Below are positions 26,311-40,795 of a stretch of 64,000 nucleotides of DNA, in pieces (positions within the stretch are counted from its first letter, which is position 1; each line of letters opens with the position of its first letter). The notes under the pieces were generated by a model that ran no database searches, was not told where the DNA came from, and saw nothing but the letters and a program-made list of their open reading frames with translations. The DNA lies in NCBI GenBank assembly GCA_964016885.1, contig OZ024747.1:7254001-7318000 (forward strand). Direction: 5' to 3'. The position numbers were made by a program, and so were the translations under genes. The stretch comes from Eledone cirrhosa. Its lineage: Eukaryota.

Positions 26311-27429
26311 GTAAGTCCTTTTTATTTTTTATTTTATTTATGTCAGTCATTGCACAGTAGCTATGCTGGAGCACTGTATTAAGGGGTTTCAGTTGATCCT
26401 ATCCATCTACTATATGTTTTATCAATCTCTATTTATTGACTGGCTGTTTTACCTTGATGTAAAAGTGACATGACTTGACATGCTTCCACAGTTTCCATCT
26501 ACTAAATTTCACTCACACAAAACTACAGTTAAAGACATTTTGTTCAAAGTACTTTTGCTGTAGGATTAAACCTAAGAACCACATGGCAAGGAGACAAGCT
26601 GCTTAGATACACAGCTTGATAATTCTATTCATGAATTCTTAAAGAAGGTGTGTATGTGTGTGTTTCTATTTCCCAAAAGTTATTTTAGCTTTAAGGTTAT
26701 TTGAGAAAATGACAGAGAATGAACACTTTAATATGTTGAGCTAATTCTTCTAGCAAGCAAAAAGACGAATTAATGTTAAGAATGGTGTTGTTTTTCCATT
26801 TCAATATAGTGAGAAAATCATTATTTTGATTATTATTTTTCAAATAAGATAAATTAGAAATTAGAACTATGTATTTTCAATTTTCTGAACATAATGGAAT
26901 ATGTTTTTCCTATTCATTTTGGTAATAATTTGTCATTAATATGTCTGTCAAAAAGTAGCAACATTTCTTTCATCACAAGTCAATGGCATATATGTTTAAC
27001 AATCATGGAATATGACAAATAACAATCAGATATTTCTGTAAAACATTGAATTCATGTATACAGATTTCTTTTCTCAACAAACACTAAATTACAATGAAAT
27101 CAACTCATCAAAATTACATGAAATCAGCTCAAAAGAATTATTAAACAAAAGGCCGGATTGATGAAAATATTCGTCGCTTATGTATTACAACAGGGATTAT
27201 ATTTAAACAAAAACAAATCTGCAAGATATAAATTTGAGTGCAATTATTCATATACATCATGCATTTATTTTTCCATGCTGGCATTGATTGAACAGGCCTG
27301 TTTCTCACCACTTGCTTTGGTCTTTCACCATTTAATACACTACAAAAACTGGTTATCTTTGTTGTTCTGCATGTCTATTTTTATGGGTGGAGGCCGTTTC
27401 TATCATCAGTTACTGTATAGCATTGAGTG

Positions 27430-29570
27430 GGTGCATTTTATTGTGCCACTAGTCCAACACTAAAGGTTGTCTGTTGTAGCACTAAAGAGTCCTCTCTACT
27501 TTTTATTCAAAGTTACTGCTCTCCTAGACACCTTCCCTTCACTGAAGCTTTCATGTCCTCTTAGTTTTGTTTTTTCTTCTTTTATATGAATGAGATGTCT
27601 TATCTGAAACTACCAACTGTTGGGGTTGGTTCATCCAACAGTCTTCTGTTTTTCTGCTGCTCTCATTAACTACTACATCTTCAATCCTGTTATCAATCCA
27701 GTTGTTTTTAACATAGGCTTTTCCAGCAACTCACAATTTTTGTAGACTATCTACCCTTATGACATACCCCAAATGTCCAAGTTTTTGCTTATCTAATTCT
27801 CTTACCAGGCTCAATTCAATTCTAATATGACTCCACACATACTGATTTGTACATCTTTTTCTGTCCAACTAATTCTTAGCATTTTTCTATAACTCCAAAC
27901 ATAGAAGTTTTAACTTTGTCTTTTCACTTATTGGTAGATTTTTCAAAATGAAAACAGATTTTGCTATTGCAATTCTTCTTTTTATCTCTTTACTGTCATC
28001 ACAAAACTTCTAAGGTATTAAAACTTGTTCACCACTTTGACAGTTTGATTATCAATCATTATAGGTTTATCTTGATCATATATGCCAAAGATTATAATTG
28101 ATTCAGTTTGGTCAAAATCAATATATAACCAATACTCTGCAATTTTACCTTTCAATTTCTTCATCAGAATCCTCAGAACTTCTAAGCTTATCAACAACGA
28201 CAGTATCATTGACATATTTGAAAATTAGTGGCTATTCTTCCACTGATTTCTGACTGTGGATATGAATAGAGTAGATAAATTGATATTTCTTATGAAAACA
28301 ACTAGTTTATCAGTAACTTCAGTCCAAAATTCTTCATAGATATTCTTTCTTTGTTTAGAAAAGAAGATAATTATCTATTATCTTTTTTCATTAAAGAAAA
28401 CAAAATTATTCTTCAACTTTACAATATACATTCCAGCTTGAGTCCTCAACATTGATTATATGGTATTGTCAACCAACATTTATTCCACCTAGTTTATCTT
28501 ACTGCATGAAACCACATTGGCAAGACATTCTTGAGAAGTATAAAACATTAAAATCTTAACTTTACTATGACACATTGTCACAATGATCTCTCCACTAGTA
28601 AATATACTATGAGCATTTGAATTAACAATCCTATTTTTAGATATTTTCTGCTAAATCAGGATGTTAAGAGCTAATTATGACAAAATTTGTGCTCAGAATT
28701 GAGAGCTAAAAATAGATTTCCAGTTGTTTTAATGACTTTTTTCAAGCTGGCATAGGTTGTGTGAGACTGAAATACTTCAACCAATTTGGCTTCACTGTCT
28801 TTTTCCTAGGATATTTTGTACTTAAAGCTGAGAAAAGCAACTCTACAACTGATCTGCTGTTCTATTTTTGTATTAATTTGGTTTTAACTTCTGCATTGGT
28901 CCTGTTCTAGAGGTTAGAAATTGTAGCATAGTTTTAAATTGATTTACTTTAACTGAAAACTATTGTACACTTAAATTTGACCCCTGCACCAGCTAATCAT
29001 ATTATTTCAAGTATTAATATTGAAGACAATATTAATGAATTAAGATGCAAGGTAAAGTTGAAACTTAATTTGAAGATGAAAGAGCAAACAAAACAGAAGA
29101 CATTCTCCGAGTAATACAGTTATGAAGGTAGATTGGATAGAGATGTTAGCAGGAAAGCTATTTACACACTGACACAATAGAAGTTGAAAATGCTCAAGAG
29201 ATAAGATTAGCTATTCTTTCTCTCCACTAACTCCCAAAGTATATATAAAGTGGAGTTGTTAAATATATTTATATAACTACCAGTAATGTAGTTGTCAGTG
29301 GTGAATTTAAATGTTCCTAATATGTTATCTGCTGAAGACTCACCAATGCCTATTTGGGTAAGCCATACCAATACTTAGCTCAGCTGGAAATAAATAACCA
29401 GAAAAATGATGCTGAAAAGTGACCAATACTGGATCATTATCAAGACGGGCTCAGCAGGTAAACACTGCTCATTATAAGTGCATTGTAGATAATTAATGAC
29501 TCACCTTCGAATCTATAATCCAGCAAAGTTCAGAATAGACATATATACAATGAATCTTTCTCCTCTCTGA
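27430..29570 (-). mobile_element. Old, heavily decayed LINE (RTE-like)
   Basis: Minus-strand remnants such as LYIDFDQ and KKTKLRGH in LINE-like order; many stops; boundaries approximate. Confidence 0.45.
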
Positions 29571-30799
29571 GATTAGCTATCACACACATACATACACAGT
29601 GTGTAGCAACAAGCTGACTTTGTTTACTGAGTGTGTTTGTTGGGTGGCCAACACCACAGCTTCGGGAAAATAACTACTGTAGACATAAGTAAAAACTGTT
29701 TCTAGGGCATCCAGTTGTCATTCAAAGATCTTGCCTCAGGCTGACTGGCAACTTAAACTTAATGTTATAACTAGAGGCATTTACACTGTTGCTTAGTCTG
29801 CTAGAAATAGCACCAAATCTTCCTCATCACATTGACATCTTTAAAAAGAAAAATTCAATTAGATACTATGTCTGAAAAACTTGTCTGTGATGGTCACCGC
29901 TAGAATGCATTATTTGATCATAGATCTGCTCAATCGAGGCTGACTTCAGGCTAATTAACTATCAGGACATAATTGTTAATATTGTGGATTCATTTAAAGA
30001 TAATTACTGAAACCTTTAGCAAGTGTTTTGTGACAAGCAGCTTCTGCTTTATACAATTGATGTAGGTTAGTATATTCTGGAGAAAGTTCCATAATATAAC
30101 TGCAGCTAGATCTGTGAATAAAGGACTGTGTATGACACACATGATTTATGATTTAAGGTGAGTAATATTATAAATTGATTGCAGGGAAATAGATGCCATC
30201 TATAGGTTTAGGTAGAGGTCATGCATCATGAGGTTGATTGCTTGAAATATTTCTAAATTGCATTGTGACTGGTGATTCTTTGATATGGGAAATATCATAG
30301 GTGTTAGTAATATGGAGAGTTGAACAACCGAGTAGGTGGATGCCAGATATTAATTTAAACTGAAATAAACAGGAGGTAGGGCACTGACATTCTATCCTGC
30401 AACACCTCTCCATCAAATGAGTCTCGGGCTTAACCAATTAGTTTTTAAAAATAAATAAATAAATACAGAAATATTTTCAGAATCTGACAGATGTGTTGAA
30501 GAGATAGTATTGTGTAGAATGTAATTTTGAAAGAAAATAACAAGGCTTTTACCATGAACTTACATTGGACTAGTTATTTTAGATAATTTCTAAACTGAAA
30601 TACAGTTGAACTGCTAACTCTTACATTATTAACCCAGTATAATATATCCTTGTTTATAATTAGACTTATTAGTTTACTTACTTCAGTTAAACATATTAGA
30701 AACTGTGTCGTACTTGCATTTCATAATTGAGTCTTTGGTATTTGTTAGGGAGTGTGTGTGTGTGTAAAATACTAAATTGTTCAATATGTACTTGTAGAG

Positions 30800-31045
30800 T
30801 TCTATAGTATGTGTTGTATGTGTATGTGATGCACGTGGATAATCGCTGAGTGAAGAAGTGTCAAATAATCCAAGTGGAAAGAGGCTGCAGTAGAGGAAGA
30901 CCTGGATGGAAGTGGTGAAAGCTGATCTCGGATCGTTAAAGCTCACAGAGGAGATAACAAAGAAATGTGACGAGTAGAAAGATTCTGTACTGAGAAGGAC
31001 CTGTCCAACCCATGCAAGCATGGAATAACGGGCGTAAAATGATTT
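30800..31045 (+). mobile_element. RTE LINE 3' end fragment
   Basis: RKTWMEVVKADLGSLKLTEEITKKCDE*, followed by the acccatgcaagcatggaa...cgtaaaatgat tail. Confidence 0.6.
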
Positions 31046-33310
31046 TATATATATATAGCGCTTATAGCTACTTCTGTACCATAGTTTCATATTAGTATCC
31101 AGGAATTTGGTTGCAGCAATCTATGGTAGACACTGTCACAGTTATTTATTCAACAGCTTATAACAGTCTGCTGAAGATTATTCTGTCCAAATTCAGAAAT
31201 ACTAGCATCAAGCCATAGTACGGAAATAGCTTCAGGCACTAAATATATATGAATATTTTATTTGTGTATGTGTGTACTCACTTGCCATCATCATATGTCT
31301 GTTCTTTTATGCTGGCATGAATTATAACCCATACCAACATGCAAAAATGGACATTCAGTGTGTGTGTGTGTGTGTGTGCATGCAAAAATGCACCATCAGA
31401 CTTTGTAACAGAGGTATGTTCCTTGTCTTCAGCTTTTGGAGGAGGCTGAAACGCAGTTTCAGTATATTGATTTCTTACATTAAATATTGATATTGTTGTC
31501 AGATAATTTAAGCAGATCATCTGAATAATAAGGAAGCCTGCAAAAATAACTTCTTTTTTTTTTTCTAGTTGCCCTTAATAGCAGGAAGCTATTGAAGGTA
31601 ATTTTTACAATTACTGATAACTGATATGTAATGGTGATCTGGGAATTTCCTTTCTAAAATTACTTGCACGTGTAATAAAACTTGTTACAATTACATAATT
31701 ACTTTAGTGCAAAACTTCATCCAGGATACCCCTAGTAGTTTCTTCTCTGTGACTTTATATTAATACTTAGCATTTCACCTCCTTTGAGGTTTATTAAATA
31801 GATACCTATTGGCAAGACTTTAGCTATAAACAGAGAGACAATTATAAACTCAACAGTATAAATTATTATTTCAAAACATAGGGGCTATTCAGTAATACTT
31901 TTGCCTTAAATCTAGACAACAGCATGTCCACCAACCACATAAAACAAAATCCATTGTCATTCTCTTAGGGGGTATTGTTATAGCATTTTTCTTTTCAGAC
32001 TGTCTCTTCAACTTATATACATTTATATATGGTAAATAACTTATGTATCCAGTATGGTAGAGATTCAGGTCTAAATCATTAGGGAAAATTTCATTCTTCT
32101 ATTACATTTGCCCCAATACAAAACTAAAAGCAGAACTTTATAAATCCACATTTCTTAAACCAACTGACAACAGAATGTTTAATGATCCAACAATGTAGTT
32201 GTTTAACCTGCTAGAGATTATCTTTTAAAGTTCATAGCAACCAGACTAATATAGGTTGAGTTTGTAAGCTAATAATGACACTTCAGTACAGTTGCTTGAT
32301 TTGCTAGAAATGGTTATCAAATCATACCCTATCATCTTAAAAAGACATTTGATAATGTAGTCCTAGATACACTATCTGAAAAAAGAAAACATTGATTGCC
32401 AGGACTGGAATTCCTTTGATCACAGATCAGCTACAGAGCTGACTTATGGCTAAACAACAACAAACATAAGTTAAGTTTGCAAACTAGAAAAACTTTGCTC
32501 TACTAAACATACATTGTCACTTGTGCTTAATTCTGTAGGCCACTCTAAGTTTTTTAATCATCTATTTATATGTATGATAGCATTGTCGAAGCTGTTTAGA
32601 GATATGTAACCTCTCTGATACCAATTTGCCTAAGACTGCCTATGATTTTTTTAATATAAAACCATCTGTTTTAAAGTGTTCGTATTTAGATCAAAACCTT
32701 CCATTATAATTTTATGTAAGAAATTTTTGTTCAATTCCAAATTCTAAATTTCTAAAAGGAGTCTAGACATTCACTCCTCCTAGAAAGAGCAGCCAAATTA
32801 TCCTCAAATTATATTCTACTGTCTTAAATAAAGAATAGATTGGGCAATGTGGTCCACAATTTACAAAAAGGTTGGTTCAATTGGGGTTAATCAATAAATA
32901 TGTTATTTCACTAAATACCTGTAAACTTTATATTTTAAAACTTAATTTGCACTTCGGCTATATATTTCAATACAGATAAAGTGTTATACAGCTAACAGTT
33001 CAGGTTGAACATGTTTCTTGAATCTTATCACTGTTATTGCATATATCTGATCTGTTTCAGTAATTTCTAATTGGCATGAGGACCCTACTTTAATTCTACC
33101 CACCATAATTTGCTCTCAAACTTCAGTCACTGCTGCAGCTCAGTTACCACTAACTATTTGACCATTTAATACAAAATAAACACTACATCTCAAAAGAACA
33201 ATTTAGATGGCTTTAATAAAATAAATGGTTTTATTTATTTTATATTGCATTTTGTGAAGAATAGCATTGTTGTTTGCAGGTTTCCAACAGGCTAATTATT
33301 AATTCTCTAC

Positions 33311-33372
33311 ATTGTCTGTGCAACTTGAGTGGAACAAATATTGTCTGTGCAACTTGAGTGGAACAAATATTG
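33311..33372. repeat. Perfect 29-bp tandem duplication
   Basis: attgtctgtgcaacttgagtggaacaaat x2 + attg. Confidence 0.9.
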
Positions 33373-33540
33373 CAAGAGACATTTTAAAATGCTGGTGTAT
33401 TAATTTTATTTCTGATGTTTGCATTTTCATCAGCATATATTGCCAAAAGAGATTACACCCATAAGGGTAATCAACCTGAGACTACAATAGAAGACACACT
33501 GGTATCAAACCTGGAACCACATGATTGTTAAACAGGTTTC

Positions 33541-33770
33541 TTAACCCTTTAGCATTTACATTACTCTATATATACTATTGTATTTTTGTGGTAAAGTCTG
33601 TACTTCACATAATTATCTCACTTAATATCGAATCTACAAGATTTGGATATTATTTATTTCGAGAACAATACCTTAACATCAGTATGAGTGGCCAGTTACG
33701 GCTGGTTTGAAAAAGAAAGAGGTGAGAGAATGTTGTCCGTATATGGCCAGTTTAAATGCTAAAGGGTTAA
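33541..33770. mobile_element. piggyBac-type MITE copy 3 (X)
   Basis: TTAA-ccctttagcattta...taaatgctaaaggg-TTAA, perfect 14-bp TIR. Confidence 0.88.
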
Positions 33771-34025
33771 GCAACCATCTATGCCCAGATTGATATATTA
33801 AGCTGGTGAGCTGGTGTTTGGGACAAAGTGTTCATAGATAAAACTAAGATGTAAGCTAGATTTGTATCAACAAATATAGGCAGTTGAGGCATGGAAAAAC
33901 GAAATTCTTTGGTGAAAAACATAAATTTTCAAATTTTTATATTACAAACACATTGAATGAATTTATGTGGAAATCCTATTACTTGACTTAACTATATTTA
34001 CCAACATCATATCTCTCAAACGATG

Positions 34026-34079
<54 letters not shown>

Positions 34080-34962
34080 GGAATGGAATTGTAGCCAAGT
34101 TGAAGCATTGAGGACAATACTAACAATTAATATCAATTTATATCACAATTAACTGACACATAATACATACCCACATGTATATATGCAGATTACCTTTATA
34201 GTATATATGAAGCATTGTGAGATATGTAATAAATGACCAAGTTTCAAAAAGCCAGTACAATGCAGTAGAAATATATAAAGGGCAAAGGATGACAAATAAA
34301 AGAAAACAAAGTAATGTTTTACCCAATGTATGTCAACATGATATTTCAGGACTATTACCATCATTTCAAATATGGAGGAGAAATGATTCAAAACACACAA
34401 ACGATTGATGTGTTCTTCCTTAACTGGCCTACATGTCTGAAATACACATGCATAAAGTCATCATAGTAACCAATCTGCTTTGTGCATTTCCAATCTAGTA
34501 TTTTTCTGCGATTTTTTTTTTTTTTCTTTTTTTTTCTGGTTAATGATAATGGCCTCTCTGATGCTTAAATTGCCTACATTCCTTTCTGTCGCCTCTATGG
34601 TGACCTTGATGTCTTGGCTGCAGCATCTGTCAAGGTGTTTTTTTAACAGAAGCTCTCGTTGTCATGTGCTTCTTGATCCATATGTGCAGCATAGAAGCAA
34701 CAAAAAGGAATGTGGGCAAATTAAGAAACAAAGAGGCCATTATCAATAAATTTAGATGCGTATGTTTAATAAACATCATTACCTGGGGTATGTAAATGGA
34801 ACTCGTGATTAAACTACAGGGCTTTCTCTGGATTCAGGAATAGAAACTAGTTGCAATGAAGATCTAAATTTACATAGCAAACAGAGGTGATGTACATCTT
34901 GTTTAAGATGAGCTGTAGTACAACAATATTGTCCAATCTTCTGTTACCATATGTTCTAGATA

Positions 34963-35020
34963 ATAATTGTTTCTACTTTAGGCACAAGGCCAGCAATTAC
35001 CCAGTGCATTACTGGTACTT
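34963..35020 (-). mobile_element. Very short 5'-truncated SINE with 13-bp TSD
   Basis: TSD tatgttctagata at 34950-34962 and 35021-35033. Confidence 0.85.
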
Positions 35021-36484
35021 TATGTTCTAGATACACTTATCTACATGTGCATAAATGGTAGGAATGTTTAGCTCTGGCTGTTATGGCAAAATAACTATTT
35101 CTATGTCTGGTTGTGCAGTCTCAAATGTATCTGTAATGCCTCCCAGGTGTCAGGAAGCTGAACAGTTTGTAGTAGAGGTAGCTATGTACTATTCTATGTG
35201 TAGATAATAACTGTGCCAAACATCCTTCAGTGATATAAGTTGAGTGCCAATAATGTTGTGTACACTTCTGAATACCTGCTGCACAGACTTCTGGTCAGAT
35301 ATGGAATAGCTAGTTTGCCATTGCAGCAATGCAGTAGATAAGGATGTTATCAGTTCTGAACCAGCAAAGCAGATGAAAAGAAAAAAAGGGTTATCTTTAA
35401 CACTCTCAAGGAAATAAACTATTTGATCCTGTTCGCAGTAGAATTACTCTTCTCTTTAATGTGTATGTCTAGGTTATAGTGGTTGGTATTTCTACTTTAC
35501 TCCTATTGATTGTTAAGAAATTAGTTATACTTCATTTCTATCTGTTGTCTATGGCTACTAAAAGCCTTATTCTCAATACATGACACTTGCCAATCTGTGT
35601 AACTCTTCTATAGGTTATTTTAGCATTGATGATGATCAAGTAGTCTAATTTTCATGTGTCCTCTTCAAATTCAATATTGGAAATGATATGAATAGATCTT
35701 TGACAGAACAGTATAGAGTACACATCTTTATGATATTTTTATCTTAGTAGTATTTTCACAATGTCAAATACTACGTCTTTGGAATCTCATACACCCTTGG
35801 AAATAATGTTAACCCATTTTCTCAACCTTCTCTTTAGCTGTAGTTAGGTCTCTAACATAGGAAGATACTGTGAACTAAAGGTGTCAATCGACCATCTTAA
35901 CCTACCAATTATTTGTGTATTCCAGTACATAGGAGTATTATTGCAACTTAGCAGTTTGGTACATTGTTGGTCAGCTAATATAATAAAATTTTGATAATAA
36001 AAAATTCAAAATTTGATCAGAAATTATTGAGTATCAAGTTGTAGTTGAGAAACAAGTGTGACATGAAAATATCGCTGTTATCTCAATATAGCAGTGAAAC
36101 TTGACCTGTGACAACAATGAAGGACAAGTTGAGCATGAGATGTTAGTGTTTTGTGTTGGTTGACATAAACAAGATCATCCTGGTGATATTGACATGAAAA
36201 ATAAAGGAAGATATGTGGAGGGATGAAATGTTACATTCATAAAATAATAGTATACATTATATATGATATCAAACAGAGCAGACGTTCTGCTCCAGTTATT
36301 TAAGGAAGGCTTGAGTTGACTCGAAAAAGTTTCAGAAATAAAATACTGCAAATTAATTATACCTGCAGATATTTAAACACTTCTAACCCATGACTATATG
36401 GATAAATACTATAGTGTCAGGTGTTTGTTTCCTAACTCCAATGTCATTTCATACAAAAGACATCAAAGCACCCTCTAGAGATGT

Positions 36485-36697
36485 TTAACCCTTTAGCATT
36501 TAAACCGGCCATATCCAGCCAGAATTCTATCACCCCTTTCTGTTCAAACCAGCCATAACCGACCACTCATACTTATGTTAAGGTATTGTTCTCAAAATAA
36601 ATATCAAAATCTCATAGATTCAATATTATGTGAGATAAAGCTTTTACCATGAAAATATAATAGTAAATATAGAGTAATGTAAATGCTAAAGGGTTAA
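36485..36697. mobile_element. piggyBac-type MITE copy 4 (Y)
   Basis: TTAA-ccctttagcattta...taaatgctaaaggg-TTAA, interior is the reverse complement of copy 3. Confidence 0.88.
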
Positions 36698-37523
36698 AAT
36701 CTAAAAACAAGCAAGAAAGGTAACTCCATCCAAAAAGAAACTTTTTTGGAGAATATGGACAATGTCGATGGAAGTGAGTCTAATTTATAAAGCTTATGTG
36801 AAATCTGACTGTATTTTTATTTAGTATACAGAATATTCTTGGGTATTTCCCTCACCCTATTGTTGATATTCATGATTAGCATCACTACATTTTGTCTTTT
36901 GCTATATAGATTGATAGCTCTTAATCTTGTCAAGTGAGAAGAAGAAGCTTTGCTAAAGAGGTCTAATAAGCATGTCCATTGCTTTCACAAAATGATTTTA
37001 ATGACCAGATTCACTTCCATCATCATTGTCTATATGGCCAAAAAGTTTATCAACTGATTAGAATTATCTTCCTTCTTTGTTTTTAGATTTAAAACTTCCC
37101 TAGGGGGAATTCTTTGCTTAATTGTATGGATTATCTCAGTTGACCAGTTTTCAACTCCCTGTATTACATTTCGGGTGGTATGTTGTGATCTTGAGCCAAA
37201 TACATCATTTCACATTGTTCCAGTCAACTCAGTTAAAAATGGGGGCTGTCACTTAAACACCAATGAAGCTGGGATCAGCTCCCATCCTGATGAATCTCTG
37301 GACTTGAGACAGACTTCAACTTTTTATATTTCATGAGTGAGACCCTACTATATTTTTTATTTAGTATGCAACAAAAAGTTTCCCTAGGGTATTTTTCCTC
37401 AAGTCATATTGTTGATGTAGGGGTAAATGCTCTTAATTTGATATTCAGTTTGACATTTTCTCATGCAGTAAATGCATCTGACAATCTTATTTTACTTTCA
37501 TTTCATATGATCTTGCTAAAACT

Positions 37524-37558
<35 letters not shown>

Positions 37559-38109
37559 GACAACTGCTATGGCAATCAACTGACAGTTAATATGATATTT
37601 TATTCTAAACAGTGTGCAAGGTATTCTCAGTTAACATATGCCAAGAACATGTAGTCTCCTGTTGACCTTAGTAAATGTAACTGCATTTGATTGCCACGTA
37701 GAAGAGAGGAAATATTTAAACTTGGAGGATTATTGGAAATATTTAAACATGGATTAACTTGTTGAACCATTTCTTTTTAAAGTTGGATTATAAAATGTAG
37801 GTGGGGAGCCACCTGTGAGGTGGATTAACATAGCAATGAAAACAAATCCCTAAAAGTATATACAAAACACAACTAGTTAACCTTTTCAAAAATTTATTTG
37901 TCAACAGATACTAAAGAAAAGTTAAATAGTACATAGAAACAGTTACAAACTTGTGTTGACAAAAGTGGGTGCATCACTTGTCATTGCAAGGTGACATTAG
38001 CAACCTGAGGTTGGGTTAAGTTCAAGAATTAGTCAAATTTTATATTTTTGATGTACTTCATTTTTGTAAGCAAACTAACAAAACTAGTTTTACTCATCAA
38101 CACTGAACT

Positions 38110-38550
38110 ATCATCATCATCATTCCATCTTTGCCTGAGCTGAGTGATACCCTTCCAGCACAGCATCTTGCCACTTGTTGAGATCTCTTGTAATCTCTTA
38201 CTTGAAAGCCACTTTGATTTCTTGGCACTTTTTTACCCAATTGTCACCCTTCTTGAACAAGACATGTCCATACCAGCATAGACTTCTCTTTGTGCTCCAT
38301 CATTCATGTATGCTCTCCTCAATCCTTTCCAGCCTTTCCATATTCTTCACATTCAATGCTCTTGTTTCATTACCATCCATTTTTGCACTTTGTACACAAG
38401 CATCCTACAATCTACCCTTCACTTAGAGAATCTCCTTGAAAGTCTTCCACATCTTCCTTATTCTGGCTACTATAACTCAATTCATGTGTGCTCATGTTGC
38501 TAATGACCCCTGAGTACCAGCTATATGCAAAGTCCTCTCTGCCAGCTTGC
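38110..38550 (-). mobile_element. RTE LINE 3' fragment with (GAT)n tail
   Basis: (atc)n tail at ~38110; minus-strand remnant RSLCWYGHVLFKK resembles RLRWYGHV. Confidence 0.5.
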
Positions 38551-39522
38551 TTGTGAGGCTACTACATCTCTTGTGCATTGGGTATATAGTACAAAGTTCT
38601 TACCTATCTCCTCCTTTTCTGTATATTGAACATGGCTACTTCCCAGGTGGCAGTAGAGTTCTGTCTTCTTCCCTTCTAAATAAAACATTTGTTTTCTCTG
38701 GGTTATTTGCAATTTCTTCTCTAATCATTTTATGAAATTAAATTTAGTTTTAATATTTAACTGCTTTGTGTATTATTGTATTAATTTAGAAATATGAGAT
38801 ATAGGCTGGCCAGATGTTGATTAATAGATAAGTTCCTGGTTTCTGCTACTTTAGTCTGTTAATAAACTAAAAAGATCGAGTTTATATTTGGATTTTATAT
38901 AGAATTAAAGAGCTGAGAATTACTTCACAATTAATTTAAGATTGTGGTGGTGTTGCTAAAATTCTTGTATTTAGTTATAATCCTTTACATTCCTGTCAAG
39001 GTCATCTTTGCTGTTTTTCTTCTGGGTTTGATAAACTAAAGTACTAGGGGCAAATTAATATTCCAATAAAGCATTTTAGATATGAATGAAATTATAATAG
39101 AAGACTAAGGCATATTTGTCTGTTTGTTTTGTATGTTTATGCTTGTTTTGTGATTTTCTTGACTAAGCGCACCTCTCAAGCTTTTATTTCAAGGTAGCTT
39201 ACCTGACAGAAATTACAGTAATTAAACCTTACATACTCATCATCAGTTTGATATCTCCCCACCAACACTATCCTGCTGTAATATGTTAGGTATGTTAGCT
39301 GTACAATTACTGTATATCCAGTCATATTACCAATGTCAAGTCTGTAAGGTCCCAGCATTTTCAACTAATCATTTAGTTATATATGAAATGTAGAAGATAC
39401 CATATTTTAGTATATTACAAGGAAAACTCATTGATGTGAAAATTTGTATTTAAAGGGTACTTTAAACACTTCATGTGATGGGCTGTTATAGTGGAAACTA
39501 CTCAGTGGTACTATAATACAAA

Positions 39523-39736
39523 ATAACCCTTTAGTCTTCACATTACTCTATATATACTATTGTATTTTCACATAAAAGGCTTTACCTCATAATTATATCA
39601 CATAATATCGAATCTATGAGATTTTAATATTTATTTTGAGAACAATACCTTAACATCAGTATGAGTGGCCAGTTTCAAAAGAAAGAGGTGAGAGAATTCT
39701 GGCTGGATACAGCCAGTTTAAATGCTAAAGGGTTTG
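39523..39736. mobile_element. piggyBac-type MITE copy 5 (X), TSDs decayed
   Basis: ataa-ccctttag...taaatgctaaaggg-tttg; interior matches copy 3. Confidence 0.8.
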
Positions 39737-40189
39737 TTTCCAATGTTTCTATATGACAATCAACCTTTTCCATAATAACCACTTGTTTTCTCTTTTAGTA
39801 CATGTATTTATTGTTCTCATAACTCAGAAATTACTGAGTCATTTCATTTTTGGAGTATATCATATTTAGATATTACTGTCAGATCATATTTTGGTGATTC
39901 TTAAGATTTGAGTCCCACATCACAACATAATTGTATCATGTTCCTATTGTTTACACAGCACATGTTTGCATCCAAGGATACTGTATTTATTTAATCTTTA
40001 CCTTGAGCACAAGGTATCACCTATGAACACTGGGTGTGGATGTTTAACCTTTGGTAACCAAGTAAGCTGGCACCCAAATACTTCTGCCTACTGTGCCTCT
40101 TATCAAAAAGTGTACAGCTTGGAACCAATGCAAACGGTCATTGAGAGGTGTAAGGAGTAATATACCATACCTTGGTAGATGATGTTCTA

Positions 40190-40475
40190 AAATTGTATCT
40201 TAATGTCATACTGACATATCCCTCATATCCCAGTAATTATAGCGGCATTGAAACCCGTGTCCTAATATCATACTGATATCACACACACCTCCATGTCCTA
40301 AAGCCATACTTAAATCATACCCCCCCCCCTCTCACCATGTCCTAATGCCATACTTAAATTATACCCCCCCCCCAATCGCCATGCCCTAATGCTATATCTA
40401 AATCATACCCCATCTCTGTGTTCTAATGTCATGTTGACATTGTATCTCCCATATCACAATACCACACTGACATTG
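40190..40475. repeat. Degenerate ~40-bp minisatellite
   Basis: Recurrent catgtcctaatgccatact(taa/gac)atcatacccc. Confidence 0.75.
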
Positions 40476-40519
40476 CTCCCTTTTGCAGAAATCCCAAATG
40501 CTCCATTAATTAGATACCA

Positions 40520-40795
40520 AGTTGCATGACCTGATGGTTAGGGTGTGGGCTCACAATCATAATGTTGTGGGTTCAATTCCCAGACCAGGTGGCTGGTTGT
40601 ATCCTTGAGCAAGGCACTTCATTTCAAACTGTTCCAGTCCACTCAGCTGGAAAGATGAGTATCAGCTTTAACTAGGGCTTACCCCTGCAACAGATTGACA
40701 TCCCATTCAGGGTAGCAGAGTGGCTTGCACTTAGTTGCTTAATACCAATGAATTTGTGATAAGCGCTGGCTTGCTGAGCTTTTGAACTTGTAATG
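40520..40795 (+). mobile_element. Second tRNA-derived SINE family (reverse copy at ~16915-17155)
   Basis: tRNA-like head tgatggttagggtgtgggctcacaatc...gggttcaattccc, then tccttgagcaaggcacttcatttc...ccagtccactcagctgg. Confidence 0.65.

Noticed and set aside
34400-35420. Possible decayed DDE transposase on the minus strand
   Set aside because: Only vague coding-like composition; no motif or terminal repeats I could identify with confidence.
40520-40600. Possible tRNA gene
   Set aside because: A/B-box-like motifs are present but there is no clean cloverleaf, and it runs directly into a SINE body.
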